Shown: positions 27,454 through 40,655 of the stretch, one piece after another
Numbering within the stretch: the stretch's first letter is position 1
Layout of the letters: each line of letters begins with the position of its first letter
From: Octopus bimaculoides
Lineage: Eukaryota
DNA: 63,891 nt
Assembly (NCBI RefSeq): GCF_001194135.2
Contig: NC_068990.1
Coordinates: 82,708,577 to 82,772,467, forward strand
Direction of reading: 5' to 3'
The notes under the pieces: model-generated
What the model was told of the DNA's origin: nothing
Database searches by the model: none
What the model saw: the letters and a program-made list of their open reading frames with translations, nothing else
Position numbers and translations under genes: made by a program

Positions 27454-28537
27454 ACTCCCCTCCAAGAATTTTCATCTATAATCTGTTATCAATGCACGAA
27501 TTTCTGTTATATTAATTCAGGGTTTGAAGTTGAGATATACAGATCCCGCTGGACAAATCGACAATCAATTTAACTGCTTGATTTCCATACCAGCATTTAA
27601 CTCCACACAGATATCGATCTATTTTAAAATTTTACCGTGAAAATAACATCTGTAAGTATCCCGTTACCATTATTGATCTGTGATAGGATAAATCAAAAAG
27701 AAAAGAAAGAAGACATACTTTTCTGTTGTATTTCTGATATTATTAATTAGATATATGTGTTTCACTTGGAAAATGCACAGAAACTACATGTTTTAAATTA
27801 ACAAGATAGCATTAAAAAAAAAATATTATAATGTCTTTCCTTCATATACTTGCATCGTGAATAAGGCGATCAGTCGGAAACCAAAAACAGGAGAGAGAAG
27901 CTGCTGTCTCAACTTACCAGGATCATAGGATTTCCTCTTTAGTTATCCGTTTTATGAATTAAATAGCTATAGCGGCATCGATGAAGTATATTATCTGCCA
28001 TGAAGACAAAGAAGCACAAAATCAGATTAAGTTGGATTTCAGTTGAAAACATAAAACAAAACTAAGTAAAACAAGTATTACCAATTTCCTTGATATTGCT
28101 ATTGTGCTTGTCATTGTTGCTGAGTTGTTTCAGTCTGTCTCACGGGACGATTTCTCATGGTGCAAATATACAATACCAAGTATTCTAGTTATAACCTAAC
28201 ATTTTTAGCGCTTTCAAGGATTATATTATTCAATATGTCTACTTTCCTATGACGATGAACTGTGATTTGTATGAGAATTGGTTGTTATTTCTAGTTATTT
28301 TGATCGACCACTTAGAGCTTTCCACCTTTGCTTGATTATTACATTAGCTATTTATTCAGGTGCTCTGCTTCTTCTGGCTAAGCGAACCCATTCATTACCA
28401 TCTCATAAATTAACATAATGATAGTGCATAATAATTGCAGACCTCTTTTCCATTGGCAGTCCCTACATGTCAAATCACCAATCAGTATCTCTCCAAACCC
28501 CTATTTAATATTTATGATAACTTTCAATACATTATAC

Positions 28538-28584
<47 letters not shown>

Positions 28585-29375
28585 NNNNNNNNNNNNNNNN
28601 NNNNNNNNNNNNNNNNNNNNNNNNNNNNNNNNNNNNNNNNNNNNNNNNNNNNNNNNNNNNNNNNNNNNNNNNNNNNNNNNNNNNNNNNNNNNNNNNNNNN
28701 NNNNNNNNNNNNNNNNNNNNNNNNNNNNNNNNNNNNNNNNNNNNNNNNNNNNNNNNNNNNNNNNNNNNNNNNNNNNNNNNNNNNNNNNNNNNNNNNNNNN
28801 NNNNNNNNNNNNNNNNNNNNNNNNNNNNNNNNNNNNNNNNNNNNNNNNNNNNNNNNNNNNNNNNNNNNNNNNNNNNNNNNNNNNNNNNNNNNNNNNNNNN
28901 NNNNNNNNNNNNNNNNNNNNNNNNNNNNNNNNNNNNNNNNNNNNNNNNNNNNNNNNNNNNNNNNNNNNNNNNNNNNNNNNNNNNNNNNNNNNNNNNNNNN
29001 NNNNNNNNNNNNNNNNNNNNNNNNNNNNNNNNNNNNNNNNNNNNNNNNNNNNNNNNNNNNNNNNNNNNNNNNNNNNNNNNNNNNNNNNNNNNNNNNNNNN
29101 NNNNNNNNNNNNNNNNNNNNNNNNNNNNNNNNNNNNNNNNNNNNNNNNNNNNNNNNNNNNNNNNNNNNNNNNNNNNNNNNNNNNNNNNNNNNNNNNNNNN
29201 NNNNNNNNNNNNNNNNNNNNNNNNNNNNNNNNNNNNNNNNNNNNNNNNNNNNNNNNNNNNNNNNNNNNNNNNNNNNNNNNNNNNNNNNNNNNNNNNNNNN
29301 NNNNNNNNNNNNNNNNNNNNNNNNNNNNNNNNNNNNNNNNNNNNNNNNNNNNNNNNNNNNNNNNNNNNNNNNNNN

Positions 29376-29416
<41 letters not shown>

Positions 29417-30279
29417 TATACATATATACACACACATATATGTATATATAAATATATATATGTTTACACATATGCGTAGCACTTAATATTCGTGAAATGA
29501 CTATGGATTTTCTAATTAGTGCCTTAATAGCGCTGTATATCGAATGATAAATTATCAATGAGAACCATTTATACGACACACCTTTTGTTAACACTGGGGA
29601 GAAACAATGTATTATAGCGCCTTATGTTATATATTTTCACTCACAGACAGACTGCCATTATCTCGGATTCGAGAAGAAGACCTCTGAACTTTGAACTAAA
29701 CTATATCGCATTTTCTGAAGTCACTTCACTCACATAATCTATTGATTATCAGTGCAGTACAGTATAACAGAAATGATTTCAATTCAATTCAAAAGCGAAC
29801 ATATTCTCTCTGTTCCTTAAAGAAGACAGTTGTTAAATTTAATCTAGCTATATTGAAATGCATCGAAGTTTATATCCTAATAATTCCACCACCAACGCAT
29901 TTCATAACGTGTAAATGCGTTCATCTCAATTTAAAGATACTTTTCCCATGATTAATTTTATTTCTGTATTGACAACCTCCATAGGGCAGAGTGAAAATCT
30001 GCTAATACTAGCTGGCAAATTTGAATTTGAAACCAGGTTATAAATATTTCACTTGATTTCTGATGAATTCCTAATACTTCTGTATCTCAAGTCAGAAATA
30101 GCTGTCAAATAAAATCTACATGTTTGTTACAAATGTTAGACAGCCAACAGTCTCTGAATGTTCATTTTGATGACTCGAAATATTTAGCATTGTGAAAACA
30201 GTATTACAAAGAAACATCTGCCTCTACATGGTGAGTAGTTAATCGTATTTGATCAGCTGCTGAATTTCCGCAAAACGCA

Positions 30280-30730
30280 TACTCTTTTACTTGTTTCAGT
30301 CATTTGACTGTGGCCATGCTGGAGCACCACCTTTAGTCGAGCAAATCGGCCCCAGGACTTATTCTTTGCAAGCCTAGTACTTATTCTATCAGTCTCTTTT
30401 GCCGAACCTCTAAGTTACGGGGACGTAAACACACCAGCATCGGTTGTCAAGCGATTGTGGGGGGACAAACACAGACACACAAACACACACACACACACAC
30501 ACATACATACATATTTATATATANNNNNNNNNNNNNNNNNNNNNNNNNNNNNNNNNNNNNNNNATATATATACATATACACCACGGGCTTCTTTCAGTTT
30601 CCGTCTACCAAATCCACTCACAAGGCTTTGGAAAGCCCGAGGCTATAGTAAAAGACACTTGCCCAATGTGCCACGCAGTGGGACTGAACCCGGAACCACG
30701 TGGTTGGTATTGCGCTGTTTCACTACAGCC
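30280..30730 (-). mobile_element. SINE family A, near full length, internal microsatellite contains an assembly gap
   Basis: Reverse complement of 22014-22370 including tail (tactcttttacttgtttcagtc), body and B-box (gggactgaacc at ~30680). Confidence 0.9.
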
Positions 30731-31291
30731 AAAGAAGTTCATACGATTGTCAGCGTATGATGCCCACAAAAATACGCTTCAAATCGGACGATAAAGTAGG
30801 GGAGTGATTGACCTCTTTTGTTATACTACGAAAAAGCGAAACGACACATAACCAGACGAGAATAAAGGAAAGGTATACTAAGATATGACATCAGCTTCTC
30901 GACCAGCTGGGTAAAGGAAGAACGGTATATAGATGCATTGAAAAGTCATAAACCAGGGTACATATCTCAATTACAAACTGATCTCTGTTTTAAGAGTCAC
31001 GAGCGTCTGCCAATATGGAGCATCAGATAACATTTTAATAGAAACTGCTTGGCCAGAAGTACTCCACCATCTCGCGTCGAATCTAGGAATTCAGAATGTG
31101 AAATTTGGCTGGATTTCAACTTAATTGGAACGGACAGGGATCAGTGTAAAAATTATAAACGTACCATTAGAACTCAAAATATTGTCGGTGGTAAGAACAG
31201 AAATGTGGCTGGAAATTCTCATTCAGTAGAAACCTGAGACATTGGGAAAGATCCCCAACCAAACAGAGATCTCAGGTGGACTGTAACTTCA

Positions 31292-31326
31292 GATGTTTAG
31301 CCCCCTGTGGGCAATAAGGAAATAAA
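31292..31326 (+). mobile_element. SINE family B type-1 tail fragment
   Basis: gatgtttagccccctgtgggcaataaggaaataaa matches the reverse complement of 36793-36830. Confidence 0.6.
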
Positions 31327-32445
31327 TATTCACGCTAGATTCGTTCATCCAGGCCAGAGTTAATTTTTCGCTTTCGTGTGGACTTTTCAGTTCTTGGAAT
31401 TAATTCCCATGTCAAGCATATGTTTTATGTTTTGGATCATGTTTTCAGGGATTTATCTCCCAGCTAGTAATATAATCAAATGTGCATTTTGTACCAAAAA
31501 CCTACACAAGAGTTTCTCTCTTGGTGACTACCACCGTAAAGTTTGCTCTAATAGAACATTCACGTTTAAGTGGAGATAAGCATTACCTGTCGATAATACA
31601 TATGTCGTAATATTGTTTCTCAATCAATATGTTAGATTTTGCTACTGTTTAGGTTTAGATGTTCGCTAGTCAGAAAATAATCCGATTTAAGTGGAAATTC
31701 TGCTGCTGTAATGATAATTTGTTTGCTGCTTTTTATTATCATAAAGTCGAAGAGCATTTTAAGGGCTCTCCCCTGAGCTGTAAAATGTAGTGGGAAAAAC
31801 TAATATAACAGCATTCTTAAATTTCTGTCTGATGCATCGTGCTATTCAGAAACATTGAGTATTAGATTTGCGGTACGTGATACTTTTGTTTTAAATATTT
31901 GTTAAGTTTGTGTTACTAATTTGTATAATATTGATCTGTTAATTTCTAAGCCCATATTACACCATCATATTTAATGGCTCGAAAACAAATGTGTTAATGG
32001 CTCACATAGTAATTTTTGTGTTGAAATGAATTCTTAACATTTCTTTGTATAAAGATATTCTTTTCTAATTCTCGGTAAAACAACTTTCATACACACATTA
32101 TGTTATTTTCAACTATGCCCAATTATTTGTGGAGAGCAGAACAGAATATTCAAACTTAAGTATACTGCCATCTCTATGGAGTTCTAAACTATCTCCTCGA
32201 CTTACAAATCTATTCCATTATATTGCTACATTCTTGAATTTCTATTGTCAAAGGTATTTCTTGACGTCTTCTGGAAATTAATTCACTACCAGCGGAAAAG
32301 TTTCAAAAGTTCCAGAATATACCAATATATGCATTTATAAGTATGCATATTTATTTGCATGGATAAATGTAAATATATTGTAAAGGCACAAGTCTGGGCA
32401 ATGTTGTTTATGTAAGACCAGCAGTGGCCCATGCATATCAGTCCC

Positions 32446-32653
32446 CGCCCCTTTTAAAGCCTAGCCAGACACATGGGCCCGGTTTCCTGGTTTCTATGGC
32501 GTATGACTTCCCCCCCCCCACCACCACCACCACTAAGCTGGACGGGACGCCAGTCCATCGCAGCTTTACTCAGGAAACAGGAAGAAAGAGCGAGAGAAAG
32601 TTGGAGCTTTAGCTGTTTTCGCTCAATAAACACACGCAACGCCCGGTCTGAAA
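32446..32653 (-). mobile_element. SINE family C (V-domain-like), internally deleted, head lost in gap
   Basis: Collinear with 57986-58220 (cctagccag..ggcccggtttcc..ggacgggacgccagtccatcgcagc..gaaacaggaagaaag..tcgctcaataaacacac..acgcccggtctg). Confidence 0.88.
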
Positions 32654-34610
32654 NNNNNNNNNNNNNNNNNNNNNNNNNNNNNNNNNNNNNNNNNNNNNNN
32701 NNNNNNNNNNNNNNNNNNNNNNNNNNNNNNNNNNNNNNNNNNNNNNNNNNNNNNNNNNNNNNNNNNNNNNNNNNNNNNNNNNNNNNNNNNNNNNNNNNNN
32801 NNNNNNNNNNNNNNNNNNNNNNNNNNNNNNNNNNNNNNNNNNNNNNNNNNNNNNNNNNNNNNNNNNNNNNNNNNNNNNNNNNNNNNNNNNNNNNNNNNNN
32901 NNNNNNNNNNNNNNNNNNNNNNNNNNNNNNNNNNNNNNNNNNNNNNNNNNNNNNNNNNNNNNNNNNNNNNNNNNNNNNNNNNNNNNNNNNNNNNNNNNNN
33001 NNNNNNNNNNNNNNNNNNNNNNNNNNNNNNNNNNNNNNNNNNNNNNNNNNNNNNNNNNNNNNNNNNNNNNNNNNNNNNNNNNNNNNNNNNNNNNNNNNNN
33101 NNNNNNNNNNNNNNNNNNNNNNNNNNNNNNNNNNNNNNNNNNNNNNNNNNNNNNNNNNNNNNNNNNNNNNNNNNNNNNNNNNNNNNNNNNNNNNNNNNNN
33201 NNNNNNNNNNNNNNNNNNNNNNNNNNNNNNNNNNNNNNNNNNNNNNNNNNNNNNNNNNNNNNNNNNNNNNNNNNNNNNNNNNNNNNNNNNNNNNNNNNNN
33301 NNNNNNNNNNNNNNNNNNNNNNNNNNNNNNNNNNNNNNNNNNNNNNNNNNNNNNNNNNATATATATATATATATATATATACATATACACATATACATAT
33401 ATATAAATATGTATATACATACATGTGTGTGTGTATATATAGACGCACAATGAGAACGTACATTGAGAGACAATGAGTGATAAGCATGACATCTGCACAC
33501 GCATATACCAATACCCACATATTACAAATAAACTTTAGATTATGAATATGCAGAAATATTTTACAAGAAATATTTGAAGTAACATATCCTCGGATTAAAT
33601 TTATTTTCATTGTTAAGCGATGTTATTGTTATATATTATATAATTATTCTTCTCGAATTTTGACCGAATGAAATAATTTCATTTTATTTTTTTTTAATTT
33701 TTCAGAACTAGCAAAAATGTAATTATATATTTATGGCTCCCAAAAGTGAATTACATCTGTATATTTTATATATTATATAATATGTACATAGATTTACATG
33801 AAATGAATTCAAAGTTTTCCTCTAACCCAGAATATAATTTCACAACGAAATCTTTATAGCTGGAATAAATAAAACGAAACAGTTTTCACTTTTGAGTAAT
33901 GCTGTACTTTGTTAAAAGAGATAAGTTTGAAATGACTTTATAGCTAATTTATCGTCATTTGATAACCTGAAAACATCTATGCTGGATATTTGCTGCATTA
34001 TTTGACAATTATCTTTAACGTCTGTGAAAAATATTTCCTACAGACAATAACATTAGACATTGAAACATCCATCAGTTTTACGAGATATTATACTTTCAAG
34101 AAATGTTACAAATTTTCTTTCCTTTTTATCTATTTAATAGTCTAACTTGGTAGTTCAGTAGCATTGTGCTATAGTTTGTACTCAATTGGATTTAAGTCGA
34201 TACAAGTTAACGTTTCCTGTATGTGTTTTATGTTAGAGTGTGTGGGTTAAAAGGGATACTGAATATATATCATGATGCCTCTGAGGATACAACAGTCTGA
34301 GAATAAATTCAGTTTAGAGAAATTACTGAAATATTGTCCTGAATTTTAACCATGATTGGTAGGAACTTTATCGTGAATAATTCAATAAATATGTCTAAAA
34401 TATGGTACCAACTAATTGGTTATATTCCCATTCTTGTATATGCATAAAATGCTTACAATATACTTGTTATTCAATAACTAGTAACCACTGGAAAATCTTC
34501 ATTTTGGCGATGCTTTATGAAAGTTAACGTAAAAAAAAAATTAAAAGTGAAGAAGACAATCGTAATATCTATAAATTGAATGTTGTTCAAACTTGCTTTT
34601 ATATATACAT

Positions 34611-34727
<117 letters not shown>

Positions 34728-34969
34728 TTAGGGATAAAATCCAAAATTACAGGTAAAAACTCAATTAAAATCAATTTATTAAAAATTACAATTAAATTAA
34801 ATTTCACAGAGTAAAATATATATAAATATATAGTTTTAGGGAAAAGACCCAAGGTTCATGAACTCATCGATGAAAAACCACAGTCACATATAGAAAAATT
34901 AATAGTTAAAAGCACAATAAATGGGTATAATATAATACAAAGTAAATATCATAAGATAAGATAAATATA

Positions 34970-35095
34970 TACGAGGGTGAGTCAAAAAGTAATGTCATTT
35001 TCTTTAGGACACGTATAATTACCAACACATGAGCATGTATCATACATAAAAACGAAGCTGCTCCTCTGTGGATCACATCCGTACGTAAAAAAATA
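34970..35095 (+). mobile_element. Mariner-type terminal fragment (TA+CGAGGG end)
   Basis: TA-CGAGGGTGAGTCAAAAAGTAATG has the same terminal signature as the 24524 element but a different sequence. No transposase is visible. Confidence 0.55.
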
Positions 35096-35149
35096 AACAA
35101 CTGAAAGTGGTATTTTATGGGGGAGAGGAAACAAAAACATATCAGCTAA

Positions 35150-35152
35150 TAT

Positions 35153-35204
<52 letters not shown>

Positions 35205-35257
35205 TTAGGTAGGTAGGTAGGTAGGTAGGTAGGTAGGTAGGTTGGTAGGTAGGTAGG

Positions 35258-35327
<70 letters not shown>

Positions 35328-35340
35328 CACACACACATGC
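35150..35340. repeat. (AGAT)n-(AGGT)n-(AGAT)n tetranucleotide array
   Basis: Directly visible. Confidence 0.95.
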
Positions 35341-36518
35341 AAAAATAAATATGTATATATATTTGAGGTGACTTTACTTCCTATTTCTCGCAGAAGGACC
35401 GATTACTGAGAAACTCCCATGTTAGAGACTCTCTGAACAGAGAATGAATGTTTTGCTATAATGTAATGTATACATTTCAACTGTCATGTGTTTGCAGATA
35501 GGCACTTCGTGTCAACGAAATATATAGCGTTCTACATTTAAAAAATGCGTTTTTAAAGCGAAACAACATTAGCCTTTAACTTAATCTGTTCCCCCTTCTA
35601 TCTCTCTCTCTCTCTCCCTCTCTCTCTAATGTTCAAACAATTCTCTTGGAAATTCTCGTGCAAAATCGGAGAGGTTAATATTCGAATTACTCATTTTATG
35701 ATTTGCAACTCTAAATATGCTATTTCCTTTCACTTACATTATACAACGTATAGGTTCCAAATAATACCTTTTTTCTTTATGGTTTTAAGTAGGAAGCTAT
35801 TTTTCATTTTTGTTTTTCTTTCAACCCTTAACCATCTTATATATATTTTTTTAATTTGTTATTTATATATTTTACCATAAGTCTATTCTATTGCTTTGAA
35901 ATTCTAATGGCAAATACTCTTGCTACAACTAGGCAATAACAGACAAATATTCAGTGGAATAGATAGGCTGCGGAATGTGATGGGCAGTGGACATCATCTC
36001 TTTTATCTTTTGAGAACCATTCGGTCTGGAACTAAATATAGGCAATAAAATACTACTAGAAAAATGTTTTTTTTAAAGTTGTACTAACTGTAATACACAA
36101 ACACAAACACGAACAAATACACACACACATATACACGCACGCGAGCATACACAAACACACACACACACACACACACGCACACACACACGCACACACACAC
36201 GCACACACACACATACGTATTGGCATGAGTTCATATGTCTATGTATCGTTGTATGTGTGTGTTTGATAAATTGCATAAAACAAATGTATGAATATATATA
36301 TATATATAGACGCAAATATATACATGCAAAACACGTAGGTAAAATTTTGTAAAGATGTATATCTTTATGCATGTGTGTNNNNNNNNNNNNNNNNNNNNNN
36401 NNNNNNNNNNNNNNNNNNNNNNNNNNNNNNNNNNNNNNNNNNNNNNNNNNNNNNNNNNNNNNNNNNNNNNNNNNNNNNNNNNNNNNNNNNNNNNNNNNNN
36501 NNNNNNNNNNNNNNNNNN

Positions 36519-36564
<46 letters not shown>

Positions 36565-36792
36565 TGTGTGTGTATACAGCGTGTGTACAAATATACGTAC
36601 TGTTAAGTATGAGAGGATCAATACTGCATGCATAGTAAAATTCATTTAGGAATTGGAATGTTTAATATGTTCCAGTTATTGTCAGTGTCACCGCTCGATT
36701 TCCAGATTGTGATACTTTGGAAATTTCTTGGCTCTGAAGAATGGAAATTTTTTCGGAAAAAATATTGTTTCGTAATTTATATGCAAAATCAG

Positions 36793-37028
36793 TTTCTTAT
36801 TTCTTTATTGCCCACAAGGGGCTAAACATAGAGGGGACAAACAAAGACAGACAAAGGGATTACGTCGATTACATCGACCCCAGTGCGTAACTGGTATTTA
36901 ATTTATCGACCCCTAAAGGATGAAAGGTAAAGACGACCTCGCCGGAATTTGAACTCAGAACGTAACGGCAGACGAAATACCGCTAAACATTTCGTCCGGC
37001 GTGCTAACGATTCTGCCAGCTCGCCGCC
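36793..37028 (-). mobile_element. SINE family B, full length (type-1 tail), with 11-bp TSD (one mismatch)
   Basis: Minus head GGCGGCGAGCTGGCAGAATCG, B-box GAGTTCAAATTCC, tail ..gtgggcaataaagaaataagaaa. Flanks TGCAAAATCAG (36782-36792) and TGCAGAATCAG (37029-37039). Confidence 0.92.
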
Positions 37029-37576
37029 TGCAGAATCAGCTTCTTTGTCGTTTTTGGCTGGATTTAAACACCGCTTATAAAGATGGTGATTGTTTCTTAG
37101 TTGTTAGCAGTGAGTTTCTTGATGGATAGAAAAAGAGGGAAGAGAATGAGAGAGAGACAGACAGACAGAGACAGACAGACAGACAGACGGACAGACGAAC
37201 AGACAGACTGAGATAGAATCAGACTGACAGACAGGTAAACAGAAAGAAAAATAAGCAGACAGAGAGAAAGGCAGGAAGTAGGAATGGATATAGGATCTCT
37301 GTTAGATAGATGTAAAGATTCTTCATACAATTGAATATGGTGTTATTAATTTAAAGGAAGAGATATAGGACAGCAGCCGCACCGGAGCAACCCCTACGTT
37401 GATCGGTTACGGAGTCATTTGGGGTTTAGTACTTATGGCATCAATCGCTTTTATTTGAACCGCTAAATGACAACACATGAAAATTAATTTGCAAGAACAT
37501 GAAGAAAGCTTGCACGTACATGTATATGCTTATGCACAAATATATATATGTATGTATATATATGTATATATATATA

Positions 37577-37736
37577 TTTTTTTTTCCGTGTTTTTCTCCT
37601 TGTCTCCGTATTCTTTCTGTTGAAGAGCGTAGCTCGAAACGTCAAAGACTTTCCGTATTCCCGAGCGTCATACTAATATATACTTTTGCTATTTACACCA
37701 CCTGTCCTCGTCTGTTGTTTTTATTTGTATATTCTC

Positions 37737-37740
<4 letters not shown>
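37577..37740 (+). mobile_element. Short Penelope-type terminal element inserted in a (TA)n tract, carrying a hammerhead motif
   Basis: ~165-bp block bounded by TA repeats on both sides; contains the motif at 37612-37648. Confidence 0.65.
37612..37648 (+). ncRNA. Minimal type I hammerhead-like motif with variant core (CUGUUGA)
   Basis: UCUUU-CUGUUGA-A-GAGC-GUA-GCUC-GAAA-CG-UC-AAAGA. Perfect stem I (UCUUU/AAAGA) and stem II (GAGC/GCUC), ACGU stem III, GUC cleavage triplet; core position 6 is U rather than A. Confidence 0.65.
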
Positions 37741-37769
<29 letters not shown>

Positions 37770-38231
37770 NNNNNNNNNNNNNNNNNNNNNNNNNNNNNNN
37801 NNNNNNNNNNNNNNNNNNNNNNNNNNNNNNNNNNNNNNNNNNNNNNNNNNNNNNNNNNNNNNNNNNNNNNNNNNNNNNNNNNNNNNNNNNNNNNNNNNNN
37901 NNNNNNNNNNNNNNNNNNNNNNNNNNNNNNNNNNNNNNNNNNNNNNNNNNNNNNNNNNNNNNNNNNNNNNNNNNNNNNNNNNNNNNNNNNNNNNNNNNNN
38001 NNNNNNNNNNNNNNNNNNNNNNNNNNNNNNNNNNNNNNNNNNNNNNNNNNNNNNNNNNNNNNNNNNNNNNNNNNNNNNNNNNNNNNNNNNNNNNNNNNNN
38101 NNNNNNNNNNNNNNNNNNNNNNNNNNNNNNNNNNNNNNNNNNNNNNNNNNNNNNNNNNNNNNNNNNNNNNNNNNNNNNNNNNNNNNNNNNNNNNNNNNNN
38201 NNNNNNNNNNNNNNNNNNNNNNNNNNNNNNN

Positions 38232-38275
<44 letters not shown>

Positions 38276-39260
38276 ATGTGTGTGTGTGTGTGTATGTATG
38301 TATGTACATGTATATACCCTTCTGCATGCATGTATATGCGCTTTGAGAGAGATGTACATATATGTACAATACACACATTCATATAATGTGTGTAGTGTAG
38401 TCAATTACACAATTCGCTTCACACTAGTATCCAGGAATTGTAATAGAACGATCTTTAGTATATTTTATCTTCGCCTTTTTTGACGCTATAATTGAAAAGA
38501 TGACGGTATGTCATGTTATCTGTTAGTATATCTTGTATTTCGCAAGTACAATTGAGAAAATGACAGGACTATGTTTCACATCAGCTTAACACAAAAGATA
38601 TTTAAGAACATTCAATAGAAACATATTAATTATTTCAACACCGTTATAAAAAAAATAGTATTTCATTGTTTTCGTAAGAAATATGGAGAACAATGTCACA
38701 GATGAGTCTGGTAATATTGCATGGTCTATCATTATTTCTGCTATCTCTTTTCAGGTCAGCAGAAAAAATCCAGTTGCATACATATCGGGTGATAGATTAC
38801 ATATATTGACTTTTATCTACAACATCTACAACATAATCCGTTGAAAATCACTAGAATGCAGGCTATTACAATGATAACATGGTGCGTTCGTACCAACAGG
38901 AAGCCTACATACGTACATACACGTATATTGTTTTATTCTTTTACTTGTTTCAGTTATATGACTGCCGCACTATATATATATATATATATNNNNNNNNNNN
39001 NNNNNNNNNNNNNNNNNNNNNNNNNNNNNNNNNNNNNNNNNNNNNNNNNNNNNNNNNNNNNNNNNNNNNNNNNNNNNNNNNNNNNNNNNNNNNNNNNNNN
39101 NNNNNNNNNNNNNNNNNNNNNNNNNNNNNNNNNNNNNNNNNNNNNNNNNNNNNNNNNNNNNNNNNNNNNNNNNNNNNNNNNNNNNNNNNNNNNNNNNNNN
39201 NNNNNNNNNNNNNNNNNNNNNNNNNNNNNNNNNNNNNNNNNNNNNNNNNNTATATATATA

Positions 39261-39616
39261 TTCTTTTATTTGTTTTCAGTCATTTGACTGCGGCCAGAAC
39301 TTATTCTTTGTAAGTCTAGTACTTCTTCTATCGGTCTCTTATGCAAAACTGCTAAATTACGGGGACGTAAAGACACCAGCATCGTTTGTCAAGCGATTTG
39401 GGTGGATAAAGACAGACACACAAACACGCACGCACACACAAAGAGACACACACACACATGTTTATATACGACGGGCTTCTTTCATTTTCTGTCTACCAAA
39501 TCCACTCACAGGGCTTTGGTCGGTCCGAGGCTATGGTAGAAGACAGTTGCCACACAGTGGAACTGAAGCCAGATTCATGTGGTTCGAAATCAAGCTACTA
39601 ACCGCACAGCCACACC
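39261..39616 (-). mobile_element. SINE family A, diverged, internally deleted
   Basis: Collinear with 30280-30730; deletion joins ..gcggcca to gaacttattc.. . Confidence 0.85.
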
Positions 39617-40554
39617 TATATATATGTCTGTATGAGTTAGAAGTTAAGAAACCATCTAAGGGATAGTAAATATCCAATATACTACTTGATGTTTAGCTAC
39701 GTATTTATATCGAGATGCTTACTATTGCAGGGCAATATCGCAATTGAATACTAGGTATTCAATCAGAAATTTACCCAGGGTTTCTAAGGCAAATAAGAAA
39801 ATGGAGAAGATAGATAATCGACAAACATCAGCCTGTAACCATTCAATTATATCTATTTATTACACAGACACAGACACAGACACAGACACACACACACACA
39901 CACATATATATATATTAGAAATATTACATTTCTAAATCTCTCAGAGAAATTCATACAGTAGCAGCACGAGAAAGTGATGGTTTGTTGCCAACTTAACGTT
40001 TCAGTCCCAGTAAAGGAAGAATATACATATATATATATGTGTGTGCGTGTGTGTGTGTGTGTGGGGGGGGGTGTGTATATAAGCCACAAAGATGTATAAG
40101 TGTCAATTAATTACGGCCGTTTAGAGCGACTGCTGTAACTGATCAATGAAAGCATTACTTCATTGCGAAGAAAACCGTTCTCATCAGATGACCGCATAGA
40201 CCTCAAGATTAAAGGACAAGCTAGATATTTAAGCATATTCATATCATCATTAGGGATCAAGTATTCACAATGATTCCGCTGCTAATCGTCTTTTTTTTTT
40301 TGCAGAATGTGTGCAAATAAGTTCGTCCTAACAAGGTGCCTCAATTTAAGTACCTAATTCAACTGAATCTAAATTAAATTATATATATTTATATACAAAG
40401 AATGACAGATAGAATTACATGCTAGATGGATAGGTAGATGGATGCTAGATGTATAGGTAGCGCATAGAAGATAGTTGGTTTATGTTACTACGTACACACA
40501 CACACATATATATATATGTGTGTAGATGCATGTCTACTTATATATATATATTCA

Positions 40555-40645
<91 letters not shown>

Positions 40646-40655
40646 TGTGTGTATT
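40555..40655. repeat. (GT)n microsatellite
   Basis: Directly visible. Confidence 0.95.

Noticed and set aside
30880-31130. Faint LINE RT-like relic (..RYIDALKS..LPIWSIR)
   Set aside because: Similarity is too weak and lacks the QG or ADD motifs.
38683-38844. 53-aa ORF MENNVTDESGNIAWSIIISAISF.. resembling a GPCR N-terminus
   Set aside because: Too short, with no further transmembrane segments; expected by chance in T-rich DNA.
40180-40192. CTGATGA on the minus strand (also at ~30060 and ~57090)
   Set aside because: No stem II or GAAA-stem III in the required arrangement.
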